From assembly GCA_007375725.1 (NCBI GenBank), contig VMEV01000010.1:1-49164 (forward strand): a DNA stretch of 49,164 bases, written 5' to 3'. The stretch is from Parcubacteria group bacterium Greene0416_36 (GTDB lineage: Bacteria > Patescibacteriota > Patescibacteriia > VMEV01). Positions 35,129 through 46,559 of the stretch are shown in pieces. The position numbers and the translations under genes were made by a program. The notes below the pieces were generated by a model. That model worked only from the letters and a program-made list of their open reading frames with translations. It had not been told where the DNA came from and searched no databases. Position 1 is the stretch's first letter; every line of letters begins with the position of its first letter.

Positions 35129-36028
35129 ATGAATCGCATTCAAAATTCACTCGTCAATATCGTCCGAGCCTGGACTGGAGTACAGGACTTGTCCTTGCTT
35201 CCCAAGGGCCACCCTGCCCGTTTTTTTCTCGAGCGGAGCCTGGATGATCTGGAGTCGAGTCACTATCAAGATCTCCTCTCCATGCTCGACGAAATAGGCG
35301 CTGCTTATTGGGAAGAAGTGGAAAAAATGATTCCAGCTGCGCGCGAAGAATTTTCCAGCCCCAAAGAACAGGATCATTTTTTTGACGCCCTCCGCCCCAA
35401 GGTCCCTTTCATGCAGAGATTCCGCTATGAATTCCTCAGTTCGCAGATCATCGAAATCATCCATATCAAAAATGAAATCATGGAAACGTACGGACAAAAA
35501 ATAGGCAAAAATGCAGGAGCCATCGGGCTCAAAATCACTCTCTTGACCTTAGCGCTCATCCTCCTAGCATGGGCCGTGGTCAAACAATTCGAAAAAAAAG
35601 CGGTAGTTGACGAAGACGAAGCGCGGAGAGTTAATCTCATCCACGCCATGGAAGGAATCGGTAAATATTTCATTACCACACGAGAAAAAGATCCCTCCCA
35701 AAGCACTTATCCCCATATTACGGACCGAGAAAATGGCTGGGAGCAACTGCACCGACAAGTCAGCACCCTGGTGCCGAATTTCCTCGAGAATCCTCCGGGA
35801 GAAAAATGGTATTACTACATCTCCAATGGCCCTCAGATTGGAGCCCCAGGTACCTGTTTTGCCATTGACGTACGACTGGAAAATAAAGATCAAGAAGCCA
35901 ATACCCCTTCCGGGTTCCTCGAATCCGGCTGTGACACCAACAATAATCTCGACTGTTTTTTCAAAGCCGGCGTCTACGAAACCCCGAGTGGCACGAAATA
36001 TTTCAGATTAGTGGGGGGGGGATGCTGA
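35129..36028 (+). CDS. Membrane protein with a pilin/pseudopilin-like C-terminal domain
   Basis: Central TM helix, then DEARR..L......I.KY......YP, YYYIS and F.I...LEN with a cysteine pair. Confidence 0.55.
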   Translation: MNRIQNSLVNIVRAWTGVQDLSLLPKGHPARFFLERSLDDLESSHYQDLLSMLDEIGAAYWEEVEKMIPAAREEFSSPKEQDHFFDALRPKVPFMQRFRYEFLSSQIIEIIHIKNEIMETYGQKIGKNAGAIGLKITLLTLALILLAWAVVKQFEKKAVVDEDEARRVNLIHAMEGIGKYFITTREKDPSQSTYPHITDRENGWEQLHRQVSTLVPNFLENPPGEKWYYYISNGPQIGAPGTCFAIDVRLENKDQEANTPSGFLESGCDTNNNLDCFFKAGVYETPSGTKYFRLVGGGC

Positions 36029-36194
36029 AAAAATTAAGAATTTCAGAATTAAGAATGAAGAATTAAACAGCCCTGCTTTATTTGCTGTTTGTTGCTCATT
36101 CTTAATTATTCATTCTTAATTTTTAATTAATTTAACTCTTCCCCACCTTATACACTTCCCCAAGCCATACCTACGGAGTTAATCTGGTACCGAT

Positions 36195-37997
36195 ATGGCG
36201 AATTTAGATCTCATCAAACAGCGCATTGATATTGTGGAACTGGTAGGACAATACGTGCAGCTCAAAAAAGCGGGGACGAACTGGAAGGGACTGTGCCCTT
36301 TCCACAATGAAAAAAGTCCGTCTTTCATGGTCAGCGAGACTAAACAGATGTTTCACTGCTTCGGCTGCAGCGCGGGCGGAGATATTTTTGAATTCATCAA
36401 AAAAATGGAAGGCGTGGAATTCAAAGAAGCCATGATACTTCTGGCCAAAAAAGCCGGAATCACCCTCGAATACCAGTCCCCGGGACAAGAAAACCGAAAG
36501 AATCGTCTCTACGACATATTGGAAGAGTCCACACAGTTTTTCGAAAATGCCCTGCGACAAAATAATGCGGGGGCGGATTTTGCCAGAAATTATATCGCCA
36601 CAAAAAGAGGACTGACTGACCAAACCACGAGACACTTTCGAATCGGCTATGCCCCAGACTCTTGGAGTGATCTTTGCGATTTTCTAGCCACGAAGAAATT
36701 CTCGGCCGAAGAAATACTCGAATCCGGCATGGGCGCCTGCTCGGAAAAAACCGGCCGAGTGTATGACCGATTCCGCAACCGCGTCGCCTTCCCTATTTTC
36801 AATCCCTTCGGCAATATCATCGGATTTTCAGCGCGAGTACTTAATCCCGAACGCGACAAAATGGGCAAGTACATCAATAGCCCGGAAACTCCGACCTTTC
36901 ACAAAGGCTCGGTCCTTTATGGGCTCTTTCAAGCCAAAGACGCAATCAAGGAAAAAAAGAGCGCGATTCTGGTCGAAGGCCAGGTGGATGTCATTGCCTG
37001 CCATCAGGCAGGATTCCGCAATGTCGTTGCGGCCTCAGGCACAGCCCTGACGCAAGACCACCTCAAAATTTTGGCGAGATACACTGACACGCTCTATCTC
37101 TGCTTTGATTCGGATAAAGCGGGTCAAATGGCGCTCCTGCGTTCGGCAAAAATCGTCCTCCCCGGCACTCTGGCGGCGAAAGTCATCACTCTGCCCGCGG
37201 GCAAGGATCCGGATGAGCTCATCCAAAAAAATCCGGCCCTTTTCCAAGAAGGCGTCACCGCCGCGAAATCTCTGCTCGATCACTATTTTCACGCCATCAC
37301 GACTAGAGCGGATTTTGGCAATGCCGCGGCCAAAGAAAAATCGATCCGATTTTTACTCAAGATCTTGACTCTCTCCTCCAGCGCCATCCAGAAAGAATAT
37401 TATCTGGAAAAAATATCACATGCCTTTGGCATTTCTGGAAAATCTCTGAATGAAGAATCGAAAAAAATAAATGCGGGACCCAAAATTAAACCCTCCGTCA
37501 CGCCGCCAGCCGCGGCTGCAGTCTCTCCTCAAAAAATCACGCCCCAAGAAAAAAAAACGAGTGATCTCCTAGACCGCGTTCTGGGACTGTGGCTCTCGGA
37601 CTGGCTCGAAACACCTCGCCCCCCGCTCCCGGAAGAGTATTTGAAGTTCGATTTCTACCCCAAAACCTCGCTTTACAAGCGGATATCCGATTGGTATAGT
37701 GCACATAATTCAAACAATTTAGCTGATTTTACCAAAACTCTTCCACCCGAAGAGCATTCTATTTTTCAAAAACTCACCTTTCTGGGTGATGAATATTACG
37801 GACATTTTCAAAACGACTCGCGCTCCAAAGAATGGCAATTCCTCTCTACGGAGATCAAAAAAATCGCGCTCTCCAGAGAATTAGATACCACGAGTAAACA
37901 ATTATTTGTCGCCGAAGCGCAAAAAGACGCCGAAAAAATACAACAATTGCTTGTGGCTATGAATGGCCTCCACAAACAAATGTCCTCTCTCAAATAA
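36195..37997 (+). CDS. dnaG: DNA primase
   Basis: [11 protein letters not shown] zinc finger, [21 protein letters not shown] and FDSDKAG TOPRIM motifs. Confidence 0.97.
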   Translation: MANLDLIKQRIDIVELVGQYVQLKKAGTNWKGLCPFHNEKSPSFMVSETKQMFHCFGCSAGGDIFEFIKKMEGVEFKEAMILLAKKAGITLEYQSPGQENRKNRLYDILEESTQFFENALRQNNAGADFARNYIATKRGLTDQTTRHFRIGYAPDSWSDLCDFLATKKFSAEEILESGMGACSEKTGRVYDRFRNRVAFPIFNPFGNIIGFSARVLNPERDKMGKYINSPETPTFHKGSVLYGLFQAKDAIKEKKSAILVEGQVDVIACHQAGFRNVVAASGTALTQDHLKILARYTDTLYLCFDSDKAGQMALLRSAKIVLPGTLAAKVITLPAGKDPDELIQKNPALFQEGVTAAKSLLDHYFHAITTRADFGNAAAKEKSIRFLLKILTLSSSAIQKEYYLEKISHAFGISGKSLNEESKKINAGPKIKPSVTPPAAAAVSPQKITPQEKKTSDLLDRVLGLWLSDWLETPRPPLPEEYLKFDFYPKTSLYKRISDWYSAHNSNNLADFTKTLPPEEHSIFQKLTFLGDEYYGHFQNDSRSKEWQFLSTEIKKIALSRELDTTSKQLFVAEAQKDAEKIQQLLVAMNGLHKQMSSLK

Positions 37998-38008
37998 TCA
38001 CCTCGACT

Positions 38009-39271
38009 ATGCCCCCAAAAATTATTGCAAAAAAAACACTCTTCAAGGGCGGGAAAAAATTCGCGGTACCCGCCAAAAAAGGACAACCTTCTAGAGGCAA
38101 AGGAAAATCTCCCGCAGCAGAAGAAATAATCCCTCACGTGACCGTTCCCCCCTTCAATGAGTCGGAGCTCGACGCCTTGGTCAATAAAGGAATGGTACGC
38201 CGCTTCATCACCGAAGCCGAACTCATGCAGGCCTTCCCAGAGGTCGAAGAATACATCGACCAGTATGAAGATTTCCTCGAACGCCTCGACTCCGAAGGCA
38301 TCCCCATCGTGGAGCCCCGAGGCGGATTCCTAACCAGCAAAACCCAGCAGTCTCAGACCCTCAAGACTCTAGGAATAGACATTGAAAAAGAGAAAGAAAA
38401 AGCCCGCGAAGCCGACAAAAAACTCTCGGAACTCGCCGAGGAACTCTCGGCCGATTCAATCCAGATGTATCTCCGAGAAATCGGAAAAGTGCCGCTTCTT
38501 AAAGGCGAAGAAGAAATCGCCCTGGCCAAGCGCAAAGAAAAAAATGATAAAGAAGCTGAAAAAAAGCTTATTGAAGCTAACTTGCGCCTCGTGGTTTCGA
38601 TTGCCAAAAAATTCACAGGCAAAAGCTTATCACTTCTGGATTTGATTCAAGAAGGAAATATCGGACTCTTCCGCGCGGTCGAAAAATTCGAGTATCGAAA
38701 AGGGTTTAAATTCTCGACTTATGCCACCTGGTGGATTCGCCAGGCCATCACGCGGGCTCTCGCTGATCAGTCCCGCACCATCCGCATTCCCGTCCACATG
38801 GTCGAAACCATCAATAAATTCCAGCAGGTGGAACGCCAATTGATTCAGGATCTCGGACGCGAACCCCTCCCCGAGGAAATCGCGGCCGAGATGGGCGAAG
38901 ACGTGGAGAAAATCCGGCAGATCATCAAGATCTCCCAGGACACCGTGTCCCTCGGCACTCCCGTGGGCGATGACGAGGAAGACGGCTCGACTCTCGAAGA
39001 ATTCATCGAGGACGTCAAAAACCTCACCCCCGACCGCGCAGCCGCTCTCGAACTCCTCAAAGATTACGTCAAAAAGATCATTCATCACCTGACTCCCCGC
39101 GAACAGAAAATCCTCGAGATGCGCTTCGGACTCGAGGATGGAGTGCAGCATACCCTCGAAGAAGTCGGCAAAGAATTCGACGTGACACGCGAACGTATTC
39201 GCCAAATTGAGGCGAAGGCCCTCGAGAAACTGATGACTCTGGAGGGGATAGAGAAATTGAAGGATTACTAA
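38009..39271 (+). CDS. rpoD: Primary RNA polymerase sigma factor
   Basis: [48 protein letters not shown]; follows dnaG. Confidence 0.97.
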   Translation: MPPKIIAKKTLFKGGKKFAVPAKKGQPSRGKGKSPAAEEIIPHVTVPPFNESELDALVNKGMVRRFITEAELMQAFPEVEEYIDQYEDFLERLDSEGIPIVEPRGGFLTSKTQQSQTLKTLGIDIEKEKEKAREADKKLSELAEELSADSIQMYLREIGKVPLLKGEEEIALAKRKEKNDKEAEKKLIEANLRLVVSIAKKFTGKSLSLLDLIQEGNIGLFRAVEKFEYRKGFKFSTYATWWIRQAITRALADQSRTIRIPVHMVETINKFQQVERQLIQDLGREPLPEEIAAEMGEDVEKIRQIIKISQDTVSLGTPVGDDEEDGSTLEEFIEDVKNLTPDRAAALELLKDYVKKIIHHLTPREQKILEMRFGLEDGVQHTLEEVGKEFDVTRERIRQIEAKALEKLMTLEGIEKLKDY

Positions 39272-39494
39272 TACCCAATTTAAATAACCCATTATCAATT
39301 AAAAGCCTTTTGAAAATAGCCTAACAACAAATCCCCCTTAGTCCCCCTTTGACAAGGGGGAAACAGCGCGAGGGTTGGGGAGGGATTTGTTGCTGGAGCA
39401 TTCAGATGTTTTTGATAATTGACTAATTGAATTTGGTATAAAGAGATATCGCAATAAAAAGTAGGAGCTGACGCACAGGTCAGCCCCTGCTTTT

Positions 39495-40385
39495 TTATTC
39501 CTTCTGGCCAAACTGGACTCTGGCAAAAAAAGGAATCTCGCCTATTCTTCCCATTATCTTTTTTACTCCTCCGGATATTTTTTTGGGGAAAGAAAGATTA
39601 TCTTTAAGGTTATATTTCTCTTGCAGAAATTCTATTTTCTCGCGGTGTGCCGGTAAATTTCCCACAAAAAACTCCAGACTCAAGACCTCCTTGGCTAAAT
39701 CCTTCTCCAATTTATCTTTCATTTTTAAAAGCAAGGTATTTTTCGATTCCACTGCTTTTGGATCATTAGGGGAGGGAGCAAATAATTTCGCCGAACCCGG
39801 TAGCATATTGCCAGTCACAATGACCTCTTTTTTATCAAAATCAACATCGACAAAATCTCCAGAAACCGCGCTCTCAATGCTTCCCAGAATAGGAGAAAAT
39901 AAATTAGCACCTAATTTATCCTTCTTCGTGATTTTTCCACTGGAATCTCTGGCAAACCGGCGGCCCATTGAATCAATATTTACAAAAGGGGGCTCTCCTT
40001 TTTGATACCGAATGGTAGAAGCGGCAAATGCGACTATCTCTCCCGCCTTATTATTCACGATATGGGTCAGATGAGACTGTGCACTCCCATCAGGATTGGC
40101 AATGATGGTATTATGATATTTGCTCCAAGCCCGCTCCACCTCAACGCGCTTTTTATGATCGCTCTTTCTTCCATAATAAACGGCGAAAGCGTCCATCCAC
40201 AAATCCACCACTTCTTTCAATTCTTCGGCATTCGCCTCTGAACAGGGCAAATCAAATTCAACCTTTCCTGTTTCAGGTTCGGGACGCTGACCCGGCTCAC
40301 TGATTTCTCCGATCTTCTGACGAATATCTGATATCTTTTCTTGTTCAGAAATGATTCCAACTGCGCTCGGCATTGCCTCTGGCAT
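39495..40385 (-). CDS. Hypothetical protein (possibly GNAT-like fold)
   Basis: 296-aa ORF; GEIVAFA...VNIDSMG segment only weakly suggestive. Confidence 0.55.
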   Translation of the reverse strand: MPEAMPSAVGIISEQEKISDIRQKIGEISEPGQRPEPETGKVEFDLPCSEANAEELKEVVDLWMDAFAVYYGRKSDHKKRVEVERAWSKYHNTIIANPDGSAQSHLTHIVNNKAGEIVAFAASTIRYQKGEPPFVNIDSMGRRFARDSSGKITKKDKLGANLFSPILGSIESAVSGDFVDVDFDKKEVIVTGNMLPGSAKLFAPSPNDPKAVESKNTLLLKMKDKLEKDLAKEVLSLEFFVGNLPAHREKIEFLQEKYNLKDNLSFPKKISGGVKKIMGRIGEIPFFARVQFGQKE

Positions 40386-40484
40386 ATAATTTCTAATTAA
40401 TATTCAACAGCAAATTCATTATAAAAAAAATTCGTCTTTTTTGACAAAAACGAACTTTTATTTTTGATTTTTCTAGTCTAGATT

Positions 40485-41420
40485 TTAGACTAGATTTTGA
40501 ATGAGAGATTCTGCAACAATCCTTGCAGAATCTCTATGGTATCCTCCGGATAAAACCATAAGGACCGGAATTTGTTTGATTTTGCCAAAATCAAACATCT
40601 TTCTGTCTCTTTCTATAATGCCTTTCCATGAAATTTGCAGGAAACTGAGTGGGTCCAGGCAATAAATATCAGTCCCCGCATTATAAACGATCAAATCAGG
40701 ACCAAAATTGTCAATCTGAGGGAAAATGAACCTATCCATATCCCGTAAATAATCATCATCCCTCAATGGACCCAATCCTATATCAACTTCAATTGATTTT
40801 TTGGCTGCCTCAATTTCCGCAGTATTTGTGTTCGGAAAAAGACGGTAGTCATAAAAATCAATAATTTGAACCTCATTGGAAATGACTTCTCGAGCAAGGG
40901 AACGAGCATTCCCGTCTCCCAAATGAGCATCCAGATCAACAATCGTCACCCGACTGACTTTTTTTTGAGATAAAAGCTCTCGAATCGCAATCGAAATATC
41001 GGGAACAATACAAAATCCGTGCCCATGATCCCATCGCGCATGATGGAATCCCCCGCCGAGATTTACCGCAACCCCCTCCTCTAAAGCCAAATTCGCGGCT
41101 AGAATGGTACCGCAACTAGCAAGTATCATGCGATCCACCACACCCCGTTTCAATAGACTATAAGGCAAGTATCCCAAAATCGGCACTTCTAAAGCATTCG
41201 CCACAAAATGAGAATTGCGCAATTTTTCTCGATACTCCGGATCAAGATAACTCCAAATCAATTCACGATTCATCCGTGGAGTCACAAAAGCATCCTTAAA
41301 TTTTCCCGACAGATCTAGCATTTTCTTGATCCGCTTATACTTATTGGAAGGAAAAGGATGTAATTTCTCAAGTCCCCATAATGAAATATTATAATCCGGA
41401 TGATAAACAATTTTACTCAT
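40485..41420 (-). CDS. Histone deacetylase family protein (HDAC11-like)
   Basis: HPFP..KY, GGGFHHA, GFC, DLDAHLGDG, YNAGTD...DPL and SGGY motifs. Confidence 0.92.
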   Translation of the reverse strand: MSKIVYHPDYNISLWGLEKLHPFPSNKYKRIKKMLDLSGKFKDAFVTPRMNRELIWSYLDPEYREKLRNSHFVANALEVPILGYLPYSLLKRGVVDRMILASCGTILAANLALEEGVAVNLGGGFHHARWDHGHGFCIVPDISIAIRELLSQKKVSRVTIVDLDAHLGDGNARSLAREVISNEVQIIDFYDYRLFPNTNTAEIEAAKKSIEVDIGLGPLRDDDYLRDMDRFIFPQIDNFGPDLIVYNAGTDIYCLDPLSFLQISWKGIIERDRKMFDFGKIKQIPVLMVLSGGYHRDSARIVAESLIQNLV

Positions 41421-41564
41421 AATAAGACCTTTCTGTGTATTTTATATAAGGAACGCGAAAACAACATATGTTTATATCAGTAGAGCAAAATTAAGTCAAA
41501 AAGAAGCCACTTGATATTTTGCCAAAAGTTGTGTATGCTACATGTGTATTAAATTCAAAAAAAT

Positions 41565-41795
41565 ATGAACCGAACTCAAATCATCCTCGACTCCGAAACA
41601 AAGATAGAATTACAGCGTTATGCCTACCAGACTGACCAATCCATATCGGAACTCATTCGCACGGGAATGAAAGAGTTTCTAGAGAAGAATAAAAAAAATA
41701 ACCGCGGCGTACAAGGCCTCAAGCACCTCGCGAGGATTTCCAGAAAAGGCGGTCCCACAAATCTATCGGCAACGATTGATAAGATTTTATATTAA
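41565..41795 (+). CDS. RHH/CopG antitoxin (VapB-like)
   Basis: RTQI.L......L...A......ISELIR; upstream of a PIN gene. Confidence 0.8.
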   Translation: MNRTQIILDSETKIELQRYAYQTDQSISELIRTGMKEFLEKNKKNNRGVQGLKHLARISRKGGPTNLSATIDKILY

Positions 41796-41807
41796 TCTGA
41801 AAAGCCT

Positions 41808-42212
41808 ATGAGAATATTCGTGGACACCAGCTTTTATATTGCTCTCTTGAGGCAAGACGACACCCAGCACAAAAAGGCTACTGCCATTTTGGATAAGCTC
41901 GATCACACCGATGCGATTTTGTACACTTCCCACTTCGTCATAGACGAAACGGTGACCGTGCTTTCCATGAGGGTTTCCAAAAAAGAAGCCAATAAATTTC
42001 TGGACACCGTCCTACAAAAAGATTTCCCGATGATTTTGGATATGGATTCCGCACTCCGAAAAACATCACATGATTTTTTTCGTTCTCTCAAAAATAAAAA
42101 TATCAGCATGATCGACTGCCACTCCGTCATTCTCATGAACCATAAAAATATCGAATACTGCCTCACTTTTGACGATCATTTCAAAAAAATGGGATTCAAA
42201 GTTTGGGGATAA
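41808..42212 (+). CDS. vapC: PIN-domain toxin (VapC family)
   Basis: IFVDTS, E, S..DC.S and TFD.HF acidic PIN residues. Confidence 0.9.
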   Translation: MRIFVDTSFYIALLRQDDTQHKKATAILDKLDHTDAILYTSHFVIDETVTVLSMRVSKKEANKFLDTVLQKDFPMILDMDSALRKTSHDFFRSLKNKNISMIDCHSVILMNHKNIEYCLTFDDHFKKMGFKVWG

Positions 42213-42363
42213 CTTTTTAAAATCCCATTCTACGCTAAAATTAAAAACCCCATTCACTTTTAGCGTAAACCGCGGTTTCATGCCCATTTTCACAAGTGCT
42301 AAAACTATGCCGTATTCCAGAATAAAAAAACCGCGTCGATTATTGTTCTCGAACGCGTTTTTT

Positions 42364-42843
42364 TTATTTTCCTTTTAAAACGATCTTATCAAAAATTGGT
42401 TTAAAATTCCGAACTTCTTGATCTACACCTGCACAACCAATACAATTTTTTGTTGCAGATAAAATAAACTCACGATCAGACCAAGGATTTTTATGATGAT
42501 CGATTACAAACCCCAATTTTTCCAATTCCTTTATAAAAAAATTAATGCCTTTCAGTTCCTTGATAAAGGAAGGAAGTCCGCCATCCTTACTAAAATAACA
42601 AGAAAAATTGAAAGTCATAAAAAAAGAATCTATATTTTCACAAGTAACTCCCAAGAGTATACGAAACCCAAAGTGGGAAAACGACTTACCGGAAAAACGG
42701 CAAAAAACATATTGATCAGATGAACCAAATGGCATCTCAATACATACCTTTTGCGTTGGAAAATTATTTTTCAATAATTTAGCAATACTATCCAGTTTTT
42801 CTCTGGATATTTTTTTAATTTTTTTCAATTCTGAAGATAACAC
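42364..42843 (-). CDS. Hypothetical AT-rich protein
   Basis: 159-aa ORF, GTG start with AGGAG RBS. Confidence 0.6.
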   Translation of the reverse strand: MLSSELKKIKKISREKLDSIAKLLKNNFPTQKVCIEMPFGSSDQYVFCRFSGKSFSHFGFRILLGVTCENIDSFFMTFNFSCYFSKDGGLPSFIKELKGINFFIKELEKLGFVIDHHKNPWSDREFILSATKNCIGCAGVDQEVRNFKPIFDKIVLKGK

Positions 42844-42870
42844 ATCAATCTCCTAAAAATTGTCAAACAA

Positions 42871-43230
42871 CTAAGGCTTCAACATCTCCCTCACCCCCGT
42901 CCACGCCAATAGCGCGCATTTGAGGCGGCCGGCATTGATGGAGGTGCACAACATTTCTAGTATACCTTCTTTAGATATGTCAAGTACTTCCTCAATTGTC
43001 TTCCCTTTGATGACCTCAGTCAGCATCGATGCCGCTGCCATGGAGATAGCGCAGCCGGAACCGGTGAAGGACACGTCAACGACTCGATTTTCGTCCAGTT
43101 TCATGTATAAAACAAGTCTGTCCCCGCATGTCGGATTATACTCCGCGCGCACCAAAGAATACCCCTTCATTTCTCCATAGTTGGAGGGGGTTTTGTAGTG
43201 GTCGATGATGTTTTGGTGGTAGAGATCCAT
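42871..43230 (-). CDS. sufU: SUF system NifU/SufU-type scaffold
   Basis: DLY...IIDHY..P.N.G, NPTCGD, GCAISMA.ASM and R.KCALL.W motifs. Confidence 0.92.
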   Translation of the reverse strand: MDLYHQNIIDHYKTPSNYGEMKGYSLVRAEYNPTCGDRLVLYMKLDENRVVDVSFTGSGCAISMAAASMLTEVIKGKTIEEVLDISKEGILEMLCTSINAGRLKCALLAWTGVREMLKP

Positions 43231-43258
43231 AACAGAATTAAGAATGAAAAATGAAGAA

Positions 43259-43624
43259 TTAAGAATTATCACGATCTTCTTTTTTTGAAGTCTTTAAAAT
43301 AGTGACTATAATACTCAAAATTTCATTTATTGCATTTAGAAAATAAACAGATAGTTTTTCATTTAAATAGCCGGAATCTTTCAAAAGCCTGATCCAATAG
43401 AGAGTTTCTCTTGCTTCTTTATAAGCAATTGTCATTTTGGCAACAAAATCTCTTTTTGATTGTGCGCCCTGTGCCTCTTCAACATTTGCGCCAATAGAAG
43501 TCCCACTTCTCAAAACCTGCCGCGATAAAACGAATTCTTTATCTTTCGCCACTAATTGCTGAGCTAGCTTCACAATCTGGATTGCAAAATAATAACTTTT
43601 TTCTTGAATAATATTTTCTTTCAT
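43259..43624 (-). CDS. Four-helix-bundle (23S rRNA IVP-like) protein
   Basis: LSRQVLRSGTSIGANVEEAQGAQS..DF..K..IA.KEARET.YW; flanked by heptamer repeats. Confidence 0.9.
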   Translation of the reverse strand: MKENIIQEKSYYFAIQIVKLAQQLVAKDKEFVLSRQVLRSGTSIGANVEEAQGAQSKRDFVAKMTIAYKEARETLYWIRLLKDSGYLNEKLSVYFLNAINEILSIIVTILKTSKKEDRDNS

Positions 43625-43652
43625 ACTGCTGTTCATTCTTAATTCTTCATTT

Positions 43653-44888
43653 TTAATTCTTAATTTGAAACACCCTCTTCACTTTCCCAATCGCCTTTAT
43701 CAACTCATCCACATCTTTCTCCGTATTATAAATATAAAACGACACGCGCGCCGTGGCCTCGGTCTTCCATACCCCCATCATGGACTGAGAGCAGTGGTGG
43801 CCAGCGCGGATGGCTATTCCGAAAGTATCGCAGATGGTGGCGATGTCATGAGGGTGCACGCCGCGAATGCCAAAAGAAATAATGCCTCCGCGACTGATCA
43901 TGTCCATGGGGCCGTAAATTTCGACGCCTGAAATTTTCTGGATCTCCCCCAAAGCATACTCGGTCAATTGTTTTTCATGTTCAAAAACCGCGCCCATGCC
44001 AATGGCCGACAAATAATCCACGGCAACGCCAAGAGCCACGGCCTCGGCAATCGGCGGGGTGCCGGCTTCGAAGCGCTCGGGAACATCGGCCCAAGTGGAC
44101 TCAGTCAGATGCACTTCTCGGATCATGCCTCCCCCTCCCTGATACGGTTCCATTTGAAGGAGCAGGTCCTTCTTGCCCCATACGACTCCGATTCCCGTGG
44201 GCCCCAGCATTTTGTGGCCGGAAAAAACGAGAAAATCGCATCCGAGACGCGCAACAGAAACCGGCATATGTGGCACACTCTGCGCGCCATCTAAAATTAA
44301 CAAGGCCTTTTTCTCTCGAATCCAAGGTACTATTTTCTCGACCGGATGAATCACTCCGGAAGAATTCGAGGCATGCGCCACAGACACGATTTTAACCGGA
44401 AGGGTCTTTATTTTATTTTGAAAATCCCCCAGATCCCAGCGTCCCTCTACTGTCATTTTCACCGCCTCCACAGTAAAGCCAAAAATCTGCGAGGCCAATT
44501 GCCATGGAACTAAATTAGAGTGATGCTCGCCTCCCGAAACCAAAACCACATCGCCTTTCTTCAGGAATGTTTTCCCCAGTGAAAAAGCCAAAAGATTCAG
44601 GCCCTCGGTCGCATTTTTAGTGAAAATAATTTCTTTGGCATCTTTAGCTCCAATAAACCGAACTACTTTTTCTTTCGCCTCTTCGTATTTCGCAGTCGCC
44701 TGTTCGGACAAAGAGTAAACCCCGCGATGCACATTGGCATTATCTTTCCTATAAAAATTCGAAATCGACTCAATCACCGCCTTCGGCTTCTGCGTGGTGG
44801 ACGCATTATCCAGATAAACCAAAGAATAACCATTGGATTTGGTTTTTAAGATTGGGAAGTTGGATTTTATGTGTTTTGTGTCAAGCAT
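43653..44888 (-). CDS. sufS: Cysteine desulfurase SufS
   Basis: YLDNASTTQKP, EHHSNLVPW, FSGHKMLGPTG and RAGHHC motifs. Confidence 0.95.
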   Translation of the reverse strand: MLDTKHIKSNFPILKTKSNGYSLVYLDNASTTQKPKAVIESISNFYRKDNANVHRGVYSLSEQATAKYEEAKEKVVRFIGAKDAKEIIFTKNATEGLNLLAFSLGKTFLKKGDVVLVSGGEHHSNLVPWQLASQIFGFTVEAVKMTVEGRWDLGDFQNKIKTLPVKIVSVAHASNSSGVIHPVEKIVPWIREKKALLILDGAQSVPHMPVSVARLGCDFLVFSGHKMLGPTGIGVVWGKKDLLLQMEPYQGGGGMIREVHLTESTWADVPERFEAGTPPIAEAVALGVAVDYLSAIGMGAVFEHEKQLTEYALGEIQKISGVEIYGPMDMISRGGIISFGIRGVHPHDIATICDTFGIAIRAGHHCSQSMMGVWKTEATARVSFYIYNTEKDVDELIKAIGKVKRVFQIKN

Positions 44889-44895
44889 AGTAATC

Positions 44896-45127
44896 GTCCG
44901 TCATCCCCGAGAAGCCTCGTCCCGCCATAAGCGGGATACGAGGCTGGATCGGGGATCCAGACCCTTCATATGTAAAAAAAATTATACTTGTCAGACCTTT
45001 TTATCTAGTAGAAAAAACAACCCATTCCTCGCAACAACTATTTTAGTATGACCAAATCCGATGCCTCTAAATAGAGTCGTTGCCTGGATCCCCGATCCGC
45101 CCTACGGGGCTCTCGGGGATGACGGAG
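44896..45127. repeat. REP-like composite inverted element (GTCATCCCCG...GGATCCAG / CTGGATCCCC...CGGGGATGAC)
   Basis: Complementary ends at 44896-44961 and 45083-45127 around an AT-rich core. Confidence 0.6.
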
Positions 45128-46346
45128 AGGGCACATGGATCTGCCGAATTCGTAATTCGTCATTCGTAATTCGTAATTTATTCTGTAGCAGCTCCCTCAC
45201 ATCCTCATTCGGACACGCGTCGATGATCTCGCCCAGGAATCCGCCGATCAGCACCGAACGAGCCTCGTCTCTCTCAAGTCCGCGACTCTGGAGATAGAAT
45301 AACCGGTCGGCGTCAAGCTGGGTAGTCGAAGACCCATGCTTGGCTCCCACGTCATTGGTATGCACGCGAAGAATCGGCAGGGATCGCTTCTTGGCAGAAG
45401 CCGACAATTGTAATCCTGATTCCACCAGATGCGCATTGGAAAGTTTCGCGTCTTTGGAAAGTTCCAAATCCCCCACAAAATCGATGAAAGCTGATCCGTC
45501 GAGAGTGCCTTTGACCACAATATCAGAAGTGGACCTCTCGGCCATGTGATGAGCATTGGCAATAATGGAAATTTCATCCGTACCTCCCGCGCGATACAAA
45601 CCGCGGTAAGAATACTCCGCCTTCTCCCCCGCCAAATACGCCTGATTGAAGATGCGCGCGGCCGGACAATTGAAAGAGGCGCCCCAGACTCGGCAGGAAG
45701 CATTGGCCTCCAAGAAAATCTCGCGCGTGAAAAAAGACTTGGCCTGGCACTCATTATAAAAATTAGAAATCTCGAGTGCCACTCCCTCGCCCACAAAGAC
45801 ACGGTCCAGGCCAAAAGACATCGGCAACTCTTTCGGCTCGGCTCCGGAAGACACGGTGATTTGGGCGGCCACACCCGATTCGACCACCCAGGCCACGACA
45901 AATCCCAGAGGCGCGCTTTGATGGTAATGCATAAAAAAATGGCGCGTCTCGTGCTCGGCGGAAACCAATACCAAACCGCCCGAAGAAAAGACGGCCAAGT
46001 TGGCTAGGACCATGATATCCGAGTCTTGCGAAATATTATGAAAGATATAATTCGAAAAAAATTCCAGATTCTTCTCCAGTTCCGTGTACTCCAAAAAATT
46101 CATGTCGATGTTTCCAGCCGCGGAATCAATGCTCACAACCTCGCCAGCGCTGATCTCCAGAGGCTCGCTCAATTTTTCTTCTTTTCCCAACAACATTTCC
46201 AAAGCGGCCAACTGTTCCTTGGTGAATTTTTTCTCTTTCAAAAGTGAGAACGCAAAATCACGGCCTTCTTTGATAAAGCGAGGCTCGCGGCGTGTTTGAT
46301 TGAGATTATCTTTAATAATTTTGATTTGAGAAATGATGTGTTGCAT
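45102..46346 (-). CDS. sufD: Fe-S assembly protein SufD
   Basis: P.L.V...DV.AKHGSS...D...LFYLQSRGL....A...LI.GF; between sufB and sufS. Confidence 0.88.
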   Translation of the reverse strand: MQHIISQIKIIKDNLNQTRREPRFIKEGRDFAFSLLKEKKFTKEQLAALEMLLGKEEKLSEPLEISAGEVVSIDSAAGNIDMNFLEYTELEKNLEFFSNYIFHNISQDSDIMVLANLAVFSSGGLVLVSAEHETRHFFMHYHQSAPLGFVVAWVVESGVAAQITVSSGAEPKELPMSFGLDRVFVGEGVALEISNFYNECQAKSFFTREIFLEANASCRVWGASFNCPAARIFNQAYLAGEKAEYSYRGLYRAGGTDEISIIANAHHMAERSTSDIVVKGTLDGSAFIDFVGDLELSKDAKLSNAHLVESGLQLSASAKKRSLPILRVHTNDVGAKHGSSTTQLDADRLFYLQSRGLERDEARSVLIGGFLGEIIDACPNEDVRELLQNKLRITNDELRIRQIHVPSPSSPRAP

Positions 46347-46358
46347 AAAAATGTATCA

Positions 46359-46504
46359 GTGTCATTGCGAGCGATTTCGAACCGATAAAGTCATTTAAAA
46401 AAATGACGGCTGAAGAGAAGAGTGTGGCAATCTCGTGATCACACTATCCCCTTCGACACGAGATTGCTTCATCCCCGCTAAGACGCGTGTCTTCGCAATG
46501 ACAG
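46359..46504. repeat. REP-like element GTCATTGCGAG...GCAATCTC / GAGATTGC...CGCAATGAC; partial copy at 48831-48870
   Basis: Nested inverted repeats visible in the sequence. Confidence 0.65.
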
Positions 46505-46559
46505 TAACTCCGCAGGCTGTTCATTCTTAATTCTTAATTTTTAATTTTGCATTTGTTGC

